The notes beneath the pieces were generated by a model that saw only the letters and a list, made by a program, of their open reading frames with translations, was not told where the DNA came from and made no database searches. The position numbers were made by a program, and so were the translations under genes. From an uncultured Pelagibacteraceae bacterium (lineage in GTDB: Bacteria; Pseudomonadota; Alphaproteobacteria; Pelagibacterales; Pelagibacteraceae), in the NCBI GenBank assembly GCA_902547785.1, contig CACCPC010000003.1:8900-72899 (forward strand): a DNA stretch of 64,000 nt, given 5' to 3'. The stretch's first letter is position 1; each line of letters starts with the position of its first letter. Below are positions 20,717 to 32,383 of this stretch, piece after piece.

Positions 20717-23002
20717 ATGAAAAAAACAAAAATTGATCATTATACAGATAAAGAAGCTTTAGATTATCATCGTAATAATAAACCAGGCAAGATCGAAATC
20801 TCGTCCTCAAAGAATATGACTACAAAAAGAGATCTCGCATTAGCTTATTCGCCAGGTGTGGCAGCACCAGTAAAAGCTATAAGTGAAAATCCAGAAACTG
20901 CATTTGACTATACAAGTAAGGGAAATCTTGTAGCAGTAATTAGTAACGGCTCTGCTATTTTAGGTATGGGTAACTTAGGAGCTTTAGCCTCAAAACCTGT
21001 TATGGAAGGAAAAGCAGTATTATTTAAAAGATTTGCTGATATTGACTCGATTGATCTTGAAATTGACTCACAAGATCACAATGAAATAATTAATAGTGTT
21101 AAAAATTTTGCTCCGAGTTTTGGAGGTATTAATCTGGAGGATATTGCTGCTCCAGATTGTTTTATTATCGAGGAAAAACTTAAAGAAATTTTAGATATTC
21201 CTGTGTTTCATGATGATCAACATGGTACAGCAATCATAACTACAGCTGCATTAATCAACGCAATGGATATCACCAAAAAAAAAATTAATGAAGTAAAAAT
21301 TGTTGTTAATGGTGCAGGCGCATCAGCAATGGCTTGTGCTAATTTATTTAAGAAAAGTGGTGTTCCACAAAAAAACATTACAATGGTTGACAGAACTGGA
21401 GTGATCTATAGTGGAAGAGAAAATTTAAACCAGTGGAAATCAGCTCATGCTATTGAAACTAAACATCGAACTTTATCAGATGCGATCAATAATGCTGACG
21501 TATTTTTAGGTTTATCAGCAAAAGGGGCTTTAACAAAAGATATGGTTAAAAAAATGGCTAAGAATCCCATTATATTTGCATGCGCAAATCCTGATCCAGA
21601 AATTAAACCTGAGGAAGTTGCTGAAGTAAGAAGTGATGCAATTATGGCCACTGGAAGATCAGACTATCCAAACCAGGTAAATAATCTAATTGGTTTTCCA
21701 TATATATTTAGAGGCGCATTAGATGTAAGATCTAAAACCATAAATGAGGAAATGAAAATTGCTGCCGCCCACGCAATTGCTAACCTAGCTAAAGAGGAAG
21801 TTCCTGATGAAGTTGTTGCTGCAATGGGAGGTGAGAGACCACATTATGGTAAAGATTATATAATACCCTCAACATTTGATCCAAGACTTATAAGTGTAAT
21901 TCCTGCTGCAGTAGCTAAAGCGGCAATAGACTCTGGTGTTGCGAGAATAAATATAAAAGATTTTGATACTTACAAAGAACAGTTAAGACAAAGAATGGAT
22001 CCAACAGTTACGATCATGCAGGGTATAAACAACTATATAAAAAAGAAACCAAAAAAAGTAATTTTTGCAGATGGTGAGGATGAAAACATGCTTAAAGCTG
22101 CCATAGCATTTAAAAACTCCAATCTAGGTATACCAATCTTAGTTGGAAAAGAGGATCTAATTAAAAATCAATTAAAGAAGATAGGTTACGGTGAAAATTT
22201 TGACTTAGAAATTACTAATTCAAAAGACGCTAAAAAAAGAGAAAAATATGTAAAATATCTTTTTGGAAAACTTCAAAGAAATAAAGGCATGCTGGAGCGA
22301 GATTGTGATCGTTTAATCAGAAATGATAGGGTTATTTGGGCATCCTGTATGGTAGCATGTAAGGATGCTGATGCTATGGTCACTGGAAATACCAGAAGAT
22401 ATTCCTCGTCACTGGAAAAAATTACTCAAGTTGTAGATCCTAGGGCTGGAGAAATAATGTTTGGCCTAAATTTAATAGTTAATAGAGGAAAAACAATTTT
22501 CATATGTGATACCTCTGTAATTGAATACCCTGACGCAAATCAGCTAGCTGAAATGGCTAAATCAGCAGCTAGAGTAGTTAGATTATTTGGATTTGATCCT
22601 AAAGTTGCTTTCTTATCTCATTCCACTTTTGGAGAACCGGCTACTGACAGAACAAAAAGGCTAAGCGATGCTGTTGAAATTTTAAAGAGAGAGAAAGTTG
22701 ATTTTAAATTTGACGGAGAAATGCAGCCAGATGTTGCTTTAGAGGAGTTATATAAAGAACTTTACCCTTTTTCAGAAATTGTGGGAAATTCGAATGTCTT
22801 GATAATGCCTAGCCAACATAGTGCAGCCATTTCATATAAAATGATAAAATCAATGAGTAGAGCAAAAGTTATTGGACCATTATTAATTGGCTTGGGTCTT
22901 CCAATAGAGATTGCTCCGCTAAGAACTTCTACTTCAGAAATTATAAATCTAGCATCAATTGCAGCGTATTCATCGGATGTAATTGATTATAAAAAAAATT
23001 AA
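20717..23002 (+). CDS. maeB: NADP-dependent malic enzyme with PTA domain
   Basis: [40 protein letters not shown]; C-terminal phosphotransacetylase-like domain. Confidence 0.97.
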   Translation: MKKTKIDHYTDKEALDYHRNNKPGKIEISSSKNMTTKRDLALAYSPGVAAPVKAISENPETAFDYTSKGNLVAVISNGSAILGMGNLGALASKPVMEGKAVLFKRFADIDSIDLEIDSQDHNEIINSVKNFAPSFGGINLEDIAAPDCFIIEEKLKEILDIPVFHDDQHGTAIITTAALINAMDITKKKINEVKIVVNGAGASAMACANLFKKSGVPQKNITMVDRTGVIYSGRENLNQWKSAHAIETKHRTLSDAINNADVFLGLSAKGALTKDMVKKMAKNPIIFACANPDPEIKPEEVAEVRSDAIMATGRSDYPNQVNNLIGFPYIFRGALDVRSKTINEEMKIAAAHAIANLAKEEVPDEVVAAMGGERPHYGKDYIIPSTFDPRLISVIPAAVAKAAIDSGVARINIKDFDTYKEQLRQRMDPTVTIMQGINNYIKKKPKKVIFADGEDENMLKAAIAFKNSNLGIPILVGKEDLIKNQLKKIGYGENFDLEITNSKDAKKREKYVKYLFGKLQRNKGMLERDCDRLIRNDRVIWASCMVACKDADAMVTGNTRRYSSSLEKITQVVDPRAGEIMFGLNLIVNRGKTIFICDTSVIEYPDANQLAEMAKSAARVVRLFGFDPKVAFLSHSTFGEPATDRTKRLSDAVEILKREKVDFKFDGEMQPDVALEELYKELYPFSEIVGNSNVLIMPSQHSAAISYKMIKSMSRAKVIGPLLIGLGLPIEIAPLRTSTSEIINLASIAAYSSDVIDYKKN

Positions 23003-23592
23003 TTTTTTTGAATTCTTAAATCATCTACAATCAAAATACTTGCAATAACATCCTTAACATCTAGTATTTCTTTAGCTTCTTTTACTACTAATTCTTTTTC
23101 ATCTGATGTTAAGGCTATACCGTAAACATAAATTTTCTTTTTATAAGTATCTATCTGGTAATTGGTTGCTTTTATCTCTTTATTTAAAATTAAAGCTGTC
23201 CTTAATTGGGAAGTTATTAAAACATCTTTTGCAGATTGTTTAAGATCAAATTCCTCTTTAATTTTAATATCGTTTCTTACAGATCTAGCCCCCTCAGTTT
23301 CCCAGGCCAATTTTGTTATTTGAAGTTTTTCTTCAGGGTCATCGACTTTGCCAGTTAAGAATATTCTTCCATCTAGAACTTTTGATTTAACAGATAAAAA
23401 ATACTTTTTATCTAGTAATAATATTCTTGCTGATAAATTTTTTTGCATTATGGAGTCATCAATTTGTGTCCCTAGAGACCTAGGATCTAAAGCGACTGAC
23501 ACTCCAGTTCCAAAAATTCCCTTTGAGGAAACACCAGTACATCCTGACAAAAATAATGTTATGAGTATAAATATTAAAACTTTAAGCTTCAT
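22999..23592 (-). CDS. BON-domain lipoprotein (DolP/YraP-like)
   Basis: Lipobox LSGC; D.RSLGTQIDD; two BON-like repeats; next to rsmI. Confidence 0.85.
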   Translation of the reverse strand: MKLKVLIFILITLFLSGCTGVSSKGIFGTGVSVALDPRSLGTQIDDSIMQKNLSARILLLDKKYFLSVKSKVLDGRIFLTGKVDDPEEKLQITKLAWETEGARSVRNDIKIKEEFDLKQSAKDVLITSQLRTALILNKEIKATNYQIDTYKKKIYVYGIALTSDEKELVVKEAKEILDVKDVIASILIVDDLRIQKN

Positions 23593-24445
23593 TTTTTATC
23601 TTTAAACAAAAATTATAAATTTTTTTTTTAGGTACAGCATTATTTTGAGAAATTAGATTAACGATTTCTTTAATACTTAATTTTTTAATCATTTTCCTTA
23701 TATTATTCTTATCTGATTCACTCAATAAAAGAGAACTTTTTTTTGTTCTTTTTTTTTCAGATATTACAATAGTTAATTCACCTTTTAAATTTTCATCCAG
23801 AATTTTTAAGTCATCAACTTTATATCTTAAATATTCTTCATAAATTTTTGTCATTTCTCTACAAATTAAAATTTCTCTATCGGAAAAACTTTCTTTAAGT
23901 AATGGAATGGTTTTGTTCATTTTTTTTGATGAAATAAAAAAAACAATACTAGAATCTAGTTGGGAAAGTAATTTTAGATCATTTTTAATATCCTTTAATT
24001 TTGATGGAAAAAAACCATAAAAAAAATATTTTTCAGAAAAGCCACTAATTGATACAGCAGTGCTAACTGCGGAGGGTCCTGGTAATGGAAAAATATTTAT
24101 TTTTTCTTTAACACATTCTCTAATTAAGATAGCTCCAGGATCTGATATTCCAGGAGTACCAGCATCTGAAACAAGAGATATAATTTTATCTTTTCTTAAA
24201 TGATTTATAATTAAGGATAAGTTTTTCTTCTCATTAAATTTGTGATTGGATAATAATTTTGATTTAACTTCAAATTTTTCCATCAATTTTCTAGAAATTC
24301 GGGTATCCTCGCATAAAATAAAATCAGACTTTTTTAAAATTTCTATCGCACGGTAAGTAATATCTCTCAAATTTCCTATCGGAGTGGGTATTATATAAAG
24401 ACCTTTTTTAATTTCTTTCTTTTGAAATTTAGGGTTTACAGTCAT
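23582..24445 (-). CDS. rsmI: 16S rRNA C1402 2'-O-methyltransferase
   Basis: PTPIGNL.DIT.RA, CEDTR, SDAGTPGISDPG, REMTK.YEE. Confidence 0.96.
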   Translation of the reverse strand: MTVNPKFQKKEIKKGLYIIPTPIGNLRDITYRAIEILKKSDFILCEDTRISRKLMEKFEVKSKLLSNHKFNEKKNLSLIINHLRKDKIISLVSDAGTPGISDPGAILIRECVKEKINIFPLPGPSAVSTAVSISGFSEKYFFYGFFPSKLKDIKNDLKLLSQLDSSIVFFISSKKMNKTIPLLKESFSDREILICREMTKIYEEYLRYKVDDLKILDENLKGELTIVISEKKRTKKSSLLLSESDKNNIRKMIKKLSIKEIVNLISQNNAVPKKKIYNFCLKIKNEA

Positions 24446-24479
24446 AATTATACAATACTAAAATTATATAAATCATTAA

Positions 24480-25634
24480 ATGAATAAATTTTTTAAAATT
24501 CTTTTTTCTATATTTTTTGTTTTATTATTTGAAACATCACTTTCCTATTCTGAAGAAACAAAAATCAAAATAGGAGTATTGGCTCCGCTATCCGGAGAGG
24601 ACGCTTCTTTAGGAAAACAAATACTAAATTCCATTAGAATGGCCTTAATTGACATAAAAGATAATAACATTGAAATATATCCTAAAGACACTAGGTCAGA
24701 TCCTAATATGACTTTACGTTCAGCTCTGGAATTTGAGAAGATGGGTATATCATTAGTTATCGGACCAGTTTTTCATAAAAACTTATTATTTTTAGATAAA
24801 GTAAAAAATATCACTTTTTTATCTTTAACTAACAAAACTTTAGATCTTCATAAAAATATTATAAGCAGCGGCATCAACTCATCTTCACAATTGAATACGA
24901 TTAAAAAATTTTTGGAAACGAGTGAGATAAAAAAAACAATTTTTTTAATCCCAAATTTAGATTATGACCTAGAGATTAAAAAAGGAATTAAAGAGTCAAA
25001 GATAAAATTTTTTAAACAATACAATTATAATATTGACCCTACAAAATTAACTAAACAAATAGAAAAAATCACAAATTACGGAATAAGAAAACAAAATTTA
25101 TTAGATGAAATATCGCGAGTTGAAAATTCTGATGATCCAAATAAGGAAAAAATTATAGAAAATCTTGGAAAAAAATACACTCTTGGAAATGTGAAATTTG
25201 ATTCTGTTATTATAACAGATTTTGATGAGAGTTTAAAAAGTGTTATCACTTCATTACTTTATGCTGATGTATCACCAAAAGATAAATATATAATTACTTT
25301 AAACCAATGGTTTGATGAAAGTTTGTTAAAAGAACAAAATTTACAACCAATTTATTATCCTTCAATAAACAAACAAAATTTAGATAAGTTTACTAATAAA
25401 TTTTTTAAGAAATTTAATTATAAACCAAATTATCTATCATTGCTGAGTTATGATTTAGTTGGATTAATATATTATCTATCACTTAAAAATGAAACTTCAG
25501 AAATAAATAAATCGTTTAAAACCCAAAATACATTTAAAGGGAAAATAGGAGTTTTTGAAATTAAAGATAATAAGATAAATCACCAATTAAATTTTTATGA
25601 GATTAATGACGGTAAACTTACAGAAATTTTTTAA
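24480..25634 (+). CDS. Periplasmic-binding-fold protein (LpoA/LppC-like)
   Basis: Signal peptide, KIGVLAPLSG, VIGPVF, LSYD, FKGKIG.F; divergent from rsmI as in other proteobacteria. Confidence 0.7.
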   Translation: MNKFFKILFSIFFVLLFETSLSYSEETKIKIGVLAPLSGEDASLGKQILNSIRMALIDIKDNNIEIYPKDTRSDPNMTLRSALEFEKMGISLVIGPVFHKNLLFLDKVKNITFLSLTNKTLDLHKNIISSGINSSSQLNTIKKFLETSEIKKTIFLIPNLDYDLEIKKGIKESKIKFFKQYNYNIDPTKLTKQIEKITNYGIRKQNLLDEISRVENSDDPNKEKIIENLGKKYTLGNVKFDSVIITDFDESLKSVITSLLYADVSPKDKYIITLNQWFDESLLKEQNLQPIYYPSINKQNLDKFTNKFFKKFNYKPNYLSLLSYDLVGLIYYLSLKNETSEINKSFKTQNTFKGKIGVFEIKDNKINHQLNFYEINDGKLTEIF

Positions 25635-26220
25635 TTTTTTTAAACGCAATTGATCTATGGTCGATTTTACACTTACTAGAAAACTTCATTTCACCAAAAG
25701 TTTGTTTCTTTTTTTTTGGAATAAAAATTGGATCATATCCAAAACCATTTTTTCCCCTAATTTTGTTTGAAATAGATCCCTCAATTTTTCCTATAACACT
25801 TACGATTATTTTATCTAAATAACAAATTGATAGCGCACATACGAATCTTGCTTTAATGTTTTTAGTTCTCCAGCTCTTATCTTTTTTATCTAACTCTTTA
25901 TATACTCTTTTAATTGCTTTGTTAAAATCTCCCTTGGATCCTGCCCACCTTGCTGAAAAAATTCCAGGCTTTTTATCCAAACAATCTATTTCAAGACCAG
26001 AGTCATCAGCAATACAAGCTAAATTAGATTTTTTTGAAAAATACTTAGATTTAATAATTGAATTTTCTTTAAAAGTTTTGCCATTTTCTGCTGGGCTTTT
26101 AAGATTAAAATCTGATGTAGAAAAAATCTTAATTGATTTTGGCAATAAAACCTTAATTTCTCTAAGTTTTCCTTTGTTATTTGTGCCAATTAATATTTTT
26201 GATATTTTTTTTTTTAACAT
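25618..26220 (-). CDS. rdgB: dITP/XTP pyrophosphatase (HAM1 family)
   Basis: GTNNKGKLRE, ADDSGL, PGIFSAR, GFGYDPIF; final SHR motif appears as DHR. Confidence 0.95.
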   Translation of the reverse strand: MLKKKISKILIGTNNKGKLREIKVLLPKSIKIFSTSDFNLKSPAENGKTFKENSIIKSKYFSKKSNLACIADDSGLEIDCLDKKPGIFSARWAGSKGDFNKAIKRVYKELDKKDKSWRTKNIKARFVCALSICYLDKIIVSVIGKIEGSISNKIRGKNGFGYDPIFIPKKKKQTFGEMKFSSKCKIDHRSIAFKKIKKFL

Positions 26221-26248
26221 CTAGAAATTCTTAAATTTCTTACCATAT
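26221..26248 (+). promoter_or_regulatory. Putative RpoH-type promoter of grpE
   Basis: CTAG-N17-ACCATAT, 8 nt before the ATG. Confidence 0.4.
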
Positions 26249-26256
26249 AAGATTTT

Positions 26257-26895
26257 ATGGAAAAAGAACAAAAAGAAAATATCCAAAACAAAAATTTAGC
26301 CAAGGAAGAAAATAACCAATCTGATAAGCATCAAGATCAAACTGATGATCATAATAAAAAAGAGGAAGAGAACAAAAAAGAATTAACAGCAGAAGAAAAG
26401 ATTTTAGAGCTTGAAGATAAACTAGCTAGAGCATTTGCTGAAATGGAAAATCAAAGAAGAAGGTTTGAGAAGGAGAAGGAAGATGCTTTCGAATACGGTG
26501 GTTTTTCATTTGCTAAAGAAGCTCTTAGCCTTATAGATAATTTTGAAAGATCCAAAAGTATTTTAGAGAGTGATGAAAAGTTGAAAGACTCTGAAGCGCT
26601 TAAAAAAACTTTAGAGCATTTTGATATAATTCATAAAGATTTAATATCCATATTTAACAAAAATGATATTAAACAGATTGATAGTATTAATAAAAAATTA
26701 GATCCAAACTTTCATCAGGCAATGATGGAAATTGAGGATGATACAAAAGAACCAGGAACTATAATTCAAGAAATTCAAAAAGGTTTCACTATTAAAGATC
26801 GATTACTAAGGCCCTCATTAGTTGGTGTAGCTAAAAAAACTCAAGAAAAAGAAGCCAAAACAGAGAAAACTAAAGAGAATTCGGAGACTAAATAA
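26257..26895 (+). CDS. grpE: Nucleotide exchange factor GrpE
   Basis: AEMENQRRR, DPNFHQAM, GF...DRLLRP..V.V. Confidence 0.97.
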   Translation: MEKEQKENIQNKNLAKEENNQSDKHQDQTDDHNKKEEENKKELTAEEKILELEDKLARAFAEMENQRRRFEKEKEDAFEYGGFSFAKEALSLIDNFERSKSILESDEKLKDSEALKKTLEHFDIIHKDLISIFNKNDIKQIDSINKKLDPNFHQAMMEIEDDTKEPGTIIQEIQKGFTIKDRLLRPSLVGVAKKTQEKEAKTEKTKENSETK

Positions 26896-26907
26896 TGATC
26901 GGAACAA

Positions 26908-26935
26908 CTTGTAGAATCAAAAATAACACTTATAT
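26908..26935 (+). promoter_or_regulatory. RpoH (sigma32) promoter of dnaKJ
   Basis: CTTG-N17-CTTATAT matches the alphaproteobacterial heat-shock consensus CTTG-N17-CYTATNT; AGGAG RBS downstream. Confidence 0.7.
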
Positions 26936-26955
26936 GACGAGGAGAATTAATTATT

Positions 26956-28881
26956 ATGAGTAAAATTATTGGAATAGATTTGGGAACAACAAACTCCTGC
27001 GTGGCTATAATGGAGGGAAGTCAGGCAAAAGTTTTAGAAAATGCAGAAGGTGCTAGAACAACGCCATCTGTTGTCGCTTTTACTGATGAAAAAGAAAAAT
27101 TAATAGGACAACCAGCTAAAAGACAAGCTGTAACCAATCCTGAAAATACAATTTTTGCAGTTAAACGACTAATTGGAAGAAACTTTGATGACCCAACTGT
27201 TAAAAAAGATATAGAAGCGGCTCCATTCAAAATTGTTAATTCAGAAAAAGGGGATGCTTGGATTGAATCTAAAGGAGAAAAATACTCTCCTTCTCAAATT
27301 TCAGCTTTTATTTTACAAAAAATGAAAGAAACAGCAGAAAAATATTTAGGTCAGGCGGTAACGAAAGCTGTAATTACTGTTCCTGCGTACTTTAATGATG
27401 CTCAAAGACAAGCAACAAAAGACGCTGGAAAAATTGCAGGTCTAGAAGTTTTAAGAATTATAAATGAACCTACTGCTGCGTCATTGGCTTATGGTTTAGA
27501 TAAAAAACAAAATAAGAAAATTGCAGTTTATGATTTAGGTGGTGGAACATTTGATGTTTCAATACTTGAACTTGGTGATGGAGTTTTTGAAGTTAAATCA
27601 ACCAACGGAGATACATTCTTAGGTGGTGAAGATTTTGATAATTCTATAGTTGAATATTTAATTGCAGAATTTAAAAAAGATAATGGAATAGATTTGAAAT
27701 CAGATAAACTTGCTCTTCAGAGATTAAAAGAAGCAGCAGAAAAAGCTAAGATTGAATTATCCTCAGCTGAACAGACTGATATTAATTTACCATTTATCAC
27801 CGCTGACAAGACTGGCCCAAAACATATTAATTTAAAACTTACAAGAGCAAAACTTGAGGCGCTTGTTGAAGATCTTATAGCCAAAACAATGCCACCATGT
27901 AAAACTGCATTGAAAGATGCTGGTATCACAGCCAATGAAATTGATGAAGTTGTAATGGTTGGTGGTATGACTAGAATGCCTAAAGTAATTGAAGAGGTTA
28001 AAAATTTCTTTGGGAAAGAACCTAATAAAAGTGTTAATCCTGATGAGGTTGTAGCAATGGGTGCTGCAATACAAGCAGGTGTTCTTCAAGGTGATGTAAA
28101 GGATGTATTATTATTAGATGTAACGCCTCTTTCTTTAGGTATTGAGACTTTAGGTGGAGTTTCTACAAAATTAATTGAAAAAAACACAACAATTCCTACT
28201 AAAAAAAGTCAAGTATTCTCAACTGCTGAAGATAATCAACCTGCTGTTTCCATTAGAGTGTTGCAAGGTGAAAGAGAGATGGCATCTGATAATAAAATTT
28301 TAGGAAACTTCGAGCTTGTTGGAATTGCACCTGCACCTAGAGGTGTTCCTCAAATTGAAGTTACATTTGATATTGATGCGAATGGTATTGTTAATGTTTC
28401 AGCGAAAGATAAGGGCACTGGAAAAGAACAAAAAATTCAAATTCAAGCTTCAGGTGGGTTAAGTGACGAAGAGATTGAGAAAATGGTAAAAGATGCTGAA
28501 GCCAATAAAGAAGCTGATAAAAAGAAAAGAGAGTCTGTAGATGTAAGAAATCAAGCAGATACCTTAATTCATTCTACAGATAAAAATCTTAAAGAGCACG
28601 GTTCAAAAGTATCTGAAGCCGACAAAAAAGCTATTGAAGATGCTTCGAGTCAACTAAAAGAGGCTCTCAAAGGTGAAAACACAGATGATATTAAGAAAAA
28701 AACCGAGACATTGGTTCAAGCTTCAATGAAACTTGGAGAAGCAATATACAAATCACAACAAAATACAAAACCAGATTCTAATAAAGATGATGGTAAAGAT
28801 GATAAAGGGAAAAAAGAGGATAATGTTGTTGATGCTGATTTTGAGGAAGTAAAAGACGAGAATAAAGAAAAGAGCGCTTAA
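26956..28881 (+). CDS. dnaK: Chaperone DnaK
   Basis: [38 protein letters not shown]. Confidence 0.99.
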   Translation: MSKIIGIDLGTTNSCVAIMEGSQAKVLENAEGARTTPSVVAFTDEKEKLIGQPAKRQAVTNPENTIFAVKRLIGRNFDDPTVKKDIEAAPFKIVNSEKGDAWIESKGEKYSPSQISAFILQKMKETAEKYLGQAVTKAVITVPAYFNDAQRQATKDAGKIAGLEVLRIINEPTAASLAYGLDKKQNKKIAVYDLGGGTFDVSILELGDGVFEVKSTNGDTFLGGEDFDNSIVEYLIAEFKKDNGIDLKSDKLALQRLKEAAEKAKIELSSAEQTDINLPFITADKTGPKHINLKLTRAKLEALVEDLIAKTMPPCKTALKDAGITANEIDEVVMVGGMTRMPKVIEEVKNFFGKEPNKSVNPDEVVAMGAAIQAGVLQGDVKDVLLLDVTPLSLGIETLGGVSTKLIEKNTTIPTKKSQVFSTAEDNQPAVSIRVLQGEREMASDNKILGNFELVGIAPAPRGVPQIEVTFDIDANGIVNVSAKDKGTGKEQKIQIQASGGLSDEEIEKMVKDAEANKEADKKKRESVDVRNQADTLIHSTDKNLKEHGSKVSEADKKAIEDASSQLKEALKGENTDDIKKKTETLVQASMKLGEAIYKSQQNTKPDSNKDDGKDDKGKKEDNVVDADFEEVKDENKEKSA

Positions 28882-28908
28882 CATACATTTATCTGTCCGG
28901 GGTATTAA

Positions 28909-30045
28909 ATGGCAAAAAGAGATTATTATGACGTCCTCGGTGTAAATAAAAGCGCATCTCCTGAAGAATTAAAATCTGCATATAGAAAGTTAGCTGTAAA
29001 ATATCATCCAGATAAAAATCCAGGTGATAAGGGAGCTGAAGAAAAATTTAAAGAAGCAAGTGAAGCTTACGGCATTCTCTCTGATAAATCTAAAAAAGAA
29101 AATTACGATAATTTTGGTCATGCCGCCTTTGAAAATGGTGGTGGTGGACAAGGTGGATTTGGAGGTTTTGGAGGTTTCAGTGGTGCGGATTTTTCGGACA
29201 TATTTGAAGATTTTTTCGGAGACTTCGGAGGTGGAAGAAGAAATTCTAGAGGAAGAAGTTCAAACAATAGAGGATCAGATCTAAGATATGATTTATCGAT
29301 CACATTAGAAGAAGCTTACGCTGGGAAAAAACAAAATATACAATTTTCGACATCAGAAAAATGTAACACTTGCAAGGGAAACGGATCTAAACCTGGGTCT
29401 AGTCCTGATAGATGTACTTACTGTGGAGGAAATGGTAGAGTAAGATCTAATCAAGGTTTTTTTACAGTCCAACAAACATGTCCTCAATGTGCCGGAAGTG
29501 GAGAAGAAATAACCAATCCTTGCTCAGACTGTAATGGACAAGGAAATACCCAAACCTCTAAGAAAGTTTCAGTTACAATCCCAAAAGGGGTTGATGATGG
29601 CACAAGAATTAGACTTGCTGGCAAAGGTGAAGCAGGGACAAGAGGTGGTGCCAGCGGTGATTTATATCTATTTATAAATGTAAAATCTCATGAATTATTT
29701 AAAAGATCTGATGTAAACTTATTTTTTGAGTTCCCAATTTCCATAGCTGATGCAGCGCTTGGCACCACAATAGAAATACCAACAATAGATGGTAAAAAAG
29801 CAAAAATAAAAATACCTGATGGAACTCAAGATGGTAAACAATTTAGGCTGAAAGGCAAAGGCATGCCTTTTATGCGTAGGGGAGATTTTGGAGACTTATA
29901 TGTGCAAATTAAAACTGAAGTCCCAGTGTATTTAAATAAAGAGCAAAGAAGTCTTTTAGAAAAATTTAGGGAAATAGAAAACGATAAATCTAATCCAAGT
30001 ATCAAAAAATTTTTTCAAAAAGCAAAAGATTTTTGGAAAAGTTAA
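28909..30045 (+). CDS. dnaJ: Chaperone DnaJ
   Basis: J domain HPD, G/F region, four CxxCxGxG repeats. Confidence 0.99.
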   Translation: MAKRDYYDVLGVNKSASPEELKSAYRKLAVKYHPDKNPGDKGAEEKFKEASEAYGILSDKSKKENYDNFGHAAFENGGGGQGGFGGFGGFSGADFSDIFEDFFGDFGGGRRNSRGRSSNNRGSDLRYDLSITLEEAYAGKKQNIQFSTSEKCNTCKGNGSKPGSSPDRCTYCGGNGRVRSNQGFFTVQQTCPQCAGSGEEITNPCSDCNGQGNTQTSKKVSVTIPKGVDDGTRIRLAGKGEAGTRGGASGDLYLFINVKSHELFKRSDVNLFFEFPISIADAALGTTIEIPTIDGKKAKIKIPDGTQDGKQFRLKGKGMPFMRRGDFGDLYVQIKTEVPVYLNKEQRSLLEKFREIENDKSNPSIKKFFQKAKDFWKS

Positions 30046-30115
30046 GATATTCAACTGAAGTTCATTAAAAAAATATTTAAGTTGAAATAATTAATACCTA
30101 GTTTAATAAATAAAT

Positions 30116-30958
30116 ATGATTATCTGGATTGCATCATATCCAAAAAGTGGGAATACTTGGGTTAGATCTTTTCTCACTGCTTACTATTTTTGTGAAAATG
30201 GAATATTTGACATTAACAAATTAAGCTTAATAGAAGATTATCCAAATAAACAATTTTTCAAGGAAAAAGTAAAAAAAGGTGAAATACATAAACATTGGGA
30301 GACTTCACAAAAAAATATTCTTGAACAAAAAAAAGTGAAATTTTTAAAGACTCACAATTCTTTAATAACTGCATTTGGGAAAGACTTTACAAAACCTAAA
30401 TATTCCCTGGGAGTTATTTATGTTATCAGAGATCCTCGAAATGTAATCACTTCAGTTAAAAATCATAATGATCTAGACTCATATGATCAAGCATTAAAAT
30501 TTATGCAAGATGAAAATAAAGTATTAGAAGACTATCCGCATCTGAAAAACTATGCAAAAACAAATATTGTCAACTCTTGGAGAATTAATTACCGATCTTG
30601 GTTGAGTAATAAGTCTTTTAGAAGAGTTACAATAAGATACGAGGATATGGTTAAAAATCCAACGCAAACTTTCGAAAAGCTGGTAGTTTTTGTTAATACC
30701 TTAATGAGATTTGACAATAAAATTGATCAAAAAAAGCTTAATAATGCAATTGATACTACTAATTTTAAAAGTCTACAGAACATAGAAAATGCGGGTAAGT
30801 TTGGTGAAAACGTATATTCTTTAAAAGACAATAGAAAGATTAAATTTTTTTATCAAGGACCAGAAAATGACTGGAAAAAAAATCTTGATGAGAACATGAT
30901 TAAAAAAATGAACGAATATTACCGAAATGATTTAAAATTCTTTCAATATGAAAACTAA
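30116..30958 (+). CDS. PAPS-dependent sulfotransferase (Sulfotransfer_1-like), copy 1
   Basis: 5'-PSB ASYPKSGNTW, KTH, 3'-PB RDPRN...S, RYEDM, FF..G....W. Confidence 0.88.
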   Translation: MIIWIASYPKSGNTWVRSFLTAYYFCENGIFDINKLSLIEDYPNKQFFKEKVKKGEIHKHWETSQKNILEQKKVKFLKTHNSLITAFGKDFTKPKYSLGVIYVIRDPRNVITSVKNHNDLDSYDQALKFMQDENKVLEDYPHLKNYAKTNIVNSWRINYRSWLSNKSFRRVTIRYEDMVKNPTQTFEKLVVFVNTLMRFDNKIDQKKLNNAIDTTNFKSLQNIENAGKFGENVYSLKDNRKIKFFYQGPENDWKKNLDENMIKKMNEYYRNDLKFFQYEN

Positions 30959-31730
30959 AAAAATAAATTTAACAATTACAGGATGTCTGGGTAGAATGGG
31001 GCAACAATTAATCAAATCTGCAAGTAAAGATAAAAGATTTAAAATTAACAGTCTCACGGAAAATAAGTTACAAAGAAAAAAAATCCTCGGTATTTTACCA
31101 AAACTAAATAGTTCTGAAGCCTTTAAGAGAAGTGACGTTATAATAGATTTCACAATTCCAAAATGTACACTTGAAGTTCTAAATATTGCTGCCAAACAAA
31201 AAAAAAGAGTGATAATTGGGACTACAGGTTTTAGTTTAAAAGAGGAAAATACAATAAAAAAAATTTCAAAAAAAATTCCAATTCTCAAAGCTGGAAACAT
31301 GAGTCTTGGAATTAATCTTTTGATGTATTTAACTGAGATTGCATCAAAATCTTTGGGTAATAATTTTCTAAGTAAAGTTTTTGAAGCTCATCATAAATTT
31401 AAAAAAGATCATCCTTCTGGTACAGCATTAATGTTGGGTCAGGGTATTGCAAAAGGGAAAAACAAAAATTTATATGGAATTATAGGTAAAAAATATCTTA
31501 ATAAAAAAAAATTTCCATATGGGAAAAAAATAAATTTTAATTCAGTTAGAAAAGGTAAAATTATTGGTGAACATGAGGTTTTATTTTCGAGTGGGAAAGA
31601 GATAATAAAACTTAATCATGAGGCATTTGATAGAGCACTTTATTCTGAAGGTGCGCTAATAGCTGCTAGTTGGTTAATAAAGAAAAAACCTGGTTTATAT
31701 TCAATGCGAGACTTAATGAATTTCAAATAA
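30948..31730 (+). CDS. dapB: 4-hydroxy-tetrahydrodipicolinate reductase
   Basis: G..GRMG, IDFT, IGTTG, NMSLG, EAHH..KKD.PSGTA. Confidence 0.96.
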   Translation: MKTKKINLTITGCLGRMGQQLIKSASKDKRFKINSLTENKLQRKKILGILPKLNSSEAFKRSDVIIDFTIPKCTLEVLNIAAKQKKRVIIGTTGFSLKEENTIKKISKKIPILKAGNMSLGINLLMYLTEIASKSLGNNFLSKVFEAHHKFKKDHPSGTALMLGQGIAKGKNKNLYGIIGKKYLNKKKFPYGKKINFNSVRKGKIIGEHEVLFSSGKEIIKLNHEAFDRALYSEGALIAASWLIKKKPGLYSMRDLMNFK

Positions 31731-32383
31731 TGAATGAAATTCAAAGAGCAAAAATAATACTTAAAATATTAAATAAAACATATCCAAGTATTAAAGTTCC
31801 ACTCAAAAGTCGAAATGTATTTACTCTTTTAATATCTGTTCTTCTTTCTGCTCAATGTACAGACGTAAATGTAAATAATGTAACTAAAAATATTTATCCA
31901 AAATATCATAAACCAGAGCACTTTGTTAAATTAGGAAGAAAAAAAATAGAAACTTTAATTAAAAAAATTGGCATTTTCAGAATTAAAGCAAAGAGCATTT
32001 ATAATTTATCAAGAATTCTGGTCAGAGATTATAAAGGTAAGGTACCCAAAACTTTTGATGAACTTGAAAAATTACCAGGAGTAGGACATAAAACTGCTAG
32101 CGTAGTGATGTCCCAAGGTTTTGGTCATCCTGCTTTTCCTATTGATACCCACATTCATAGGTTGGCTCAAAGATGGGGATTAACCAATGGAAAAAATGTT
32201 GTTCAAACAGAAAATGATTTAAAAAGATTGTTTCCTAAAAAATATTGGAACAAATTACATTTACAAATAATTTATTACGGTAGGGAATATTGTAAGGCAA
32301 GAGATTGTTATGGATTGAGTTGTAAAATTTGTACTTCTTGTTATCCTAATCGAAAAAAACCATTTATTGCAAAAAAGCCGTAA
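31730..32383 (+). CDS. nth: Endonuclease III (start moved to 31730, TAATG overlap with dapB)
   Basis: LLSAQCTD, HhH LPGVG.KTA, DTHIHRL, C-terminal Cys cluster. Confidence 0.93.
   Translation: MNEIQRAKIILKILNKTYPSIKVPLKSRNVFTLLISVLLSAQCTDVNVNNVTKNIYPKYHKPEHFVKLGRKKIETLIKKIGIFRIKAKSIYNLSRILVRDYKGKVPKTFDELEKLPGVGHKTASVVMSQGFGHPAFPIDTHIHRLAQRWGLTNGKNVVQTENDLKRLFPKKYWNKLHLQIIYYGREYCKARDCYGLSCKICTSCYPNRKKPFIAKKP

Noticed and set aside
30050-30087. TTCAACT...AGTTGAA inverted repeat after dnaJ
   Set aside because: Arms are only 7 bp, the loop is long and there is no U-tract; not a convincing terminator.
27021-31300. Small ORFs overlapping dnaK, dnaJ and dapB
   Set aside because: Nested in or antisense to conserved genes; no independent evidence.
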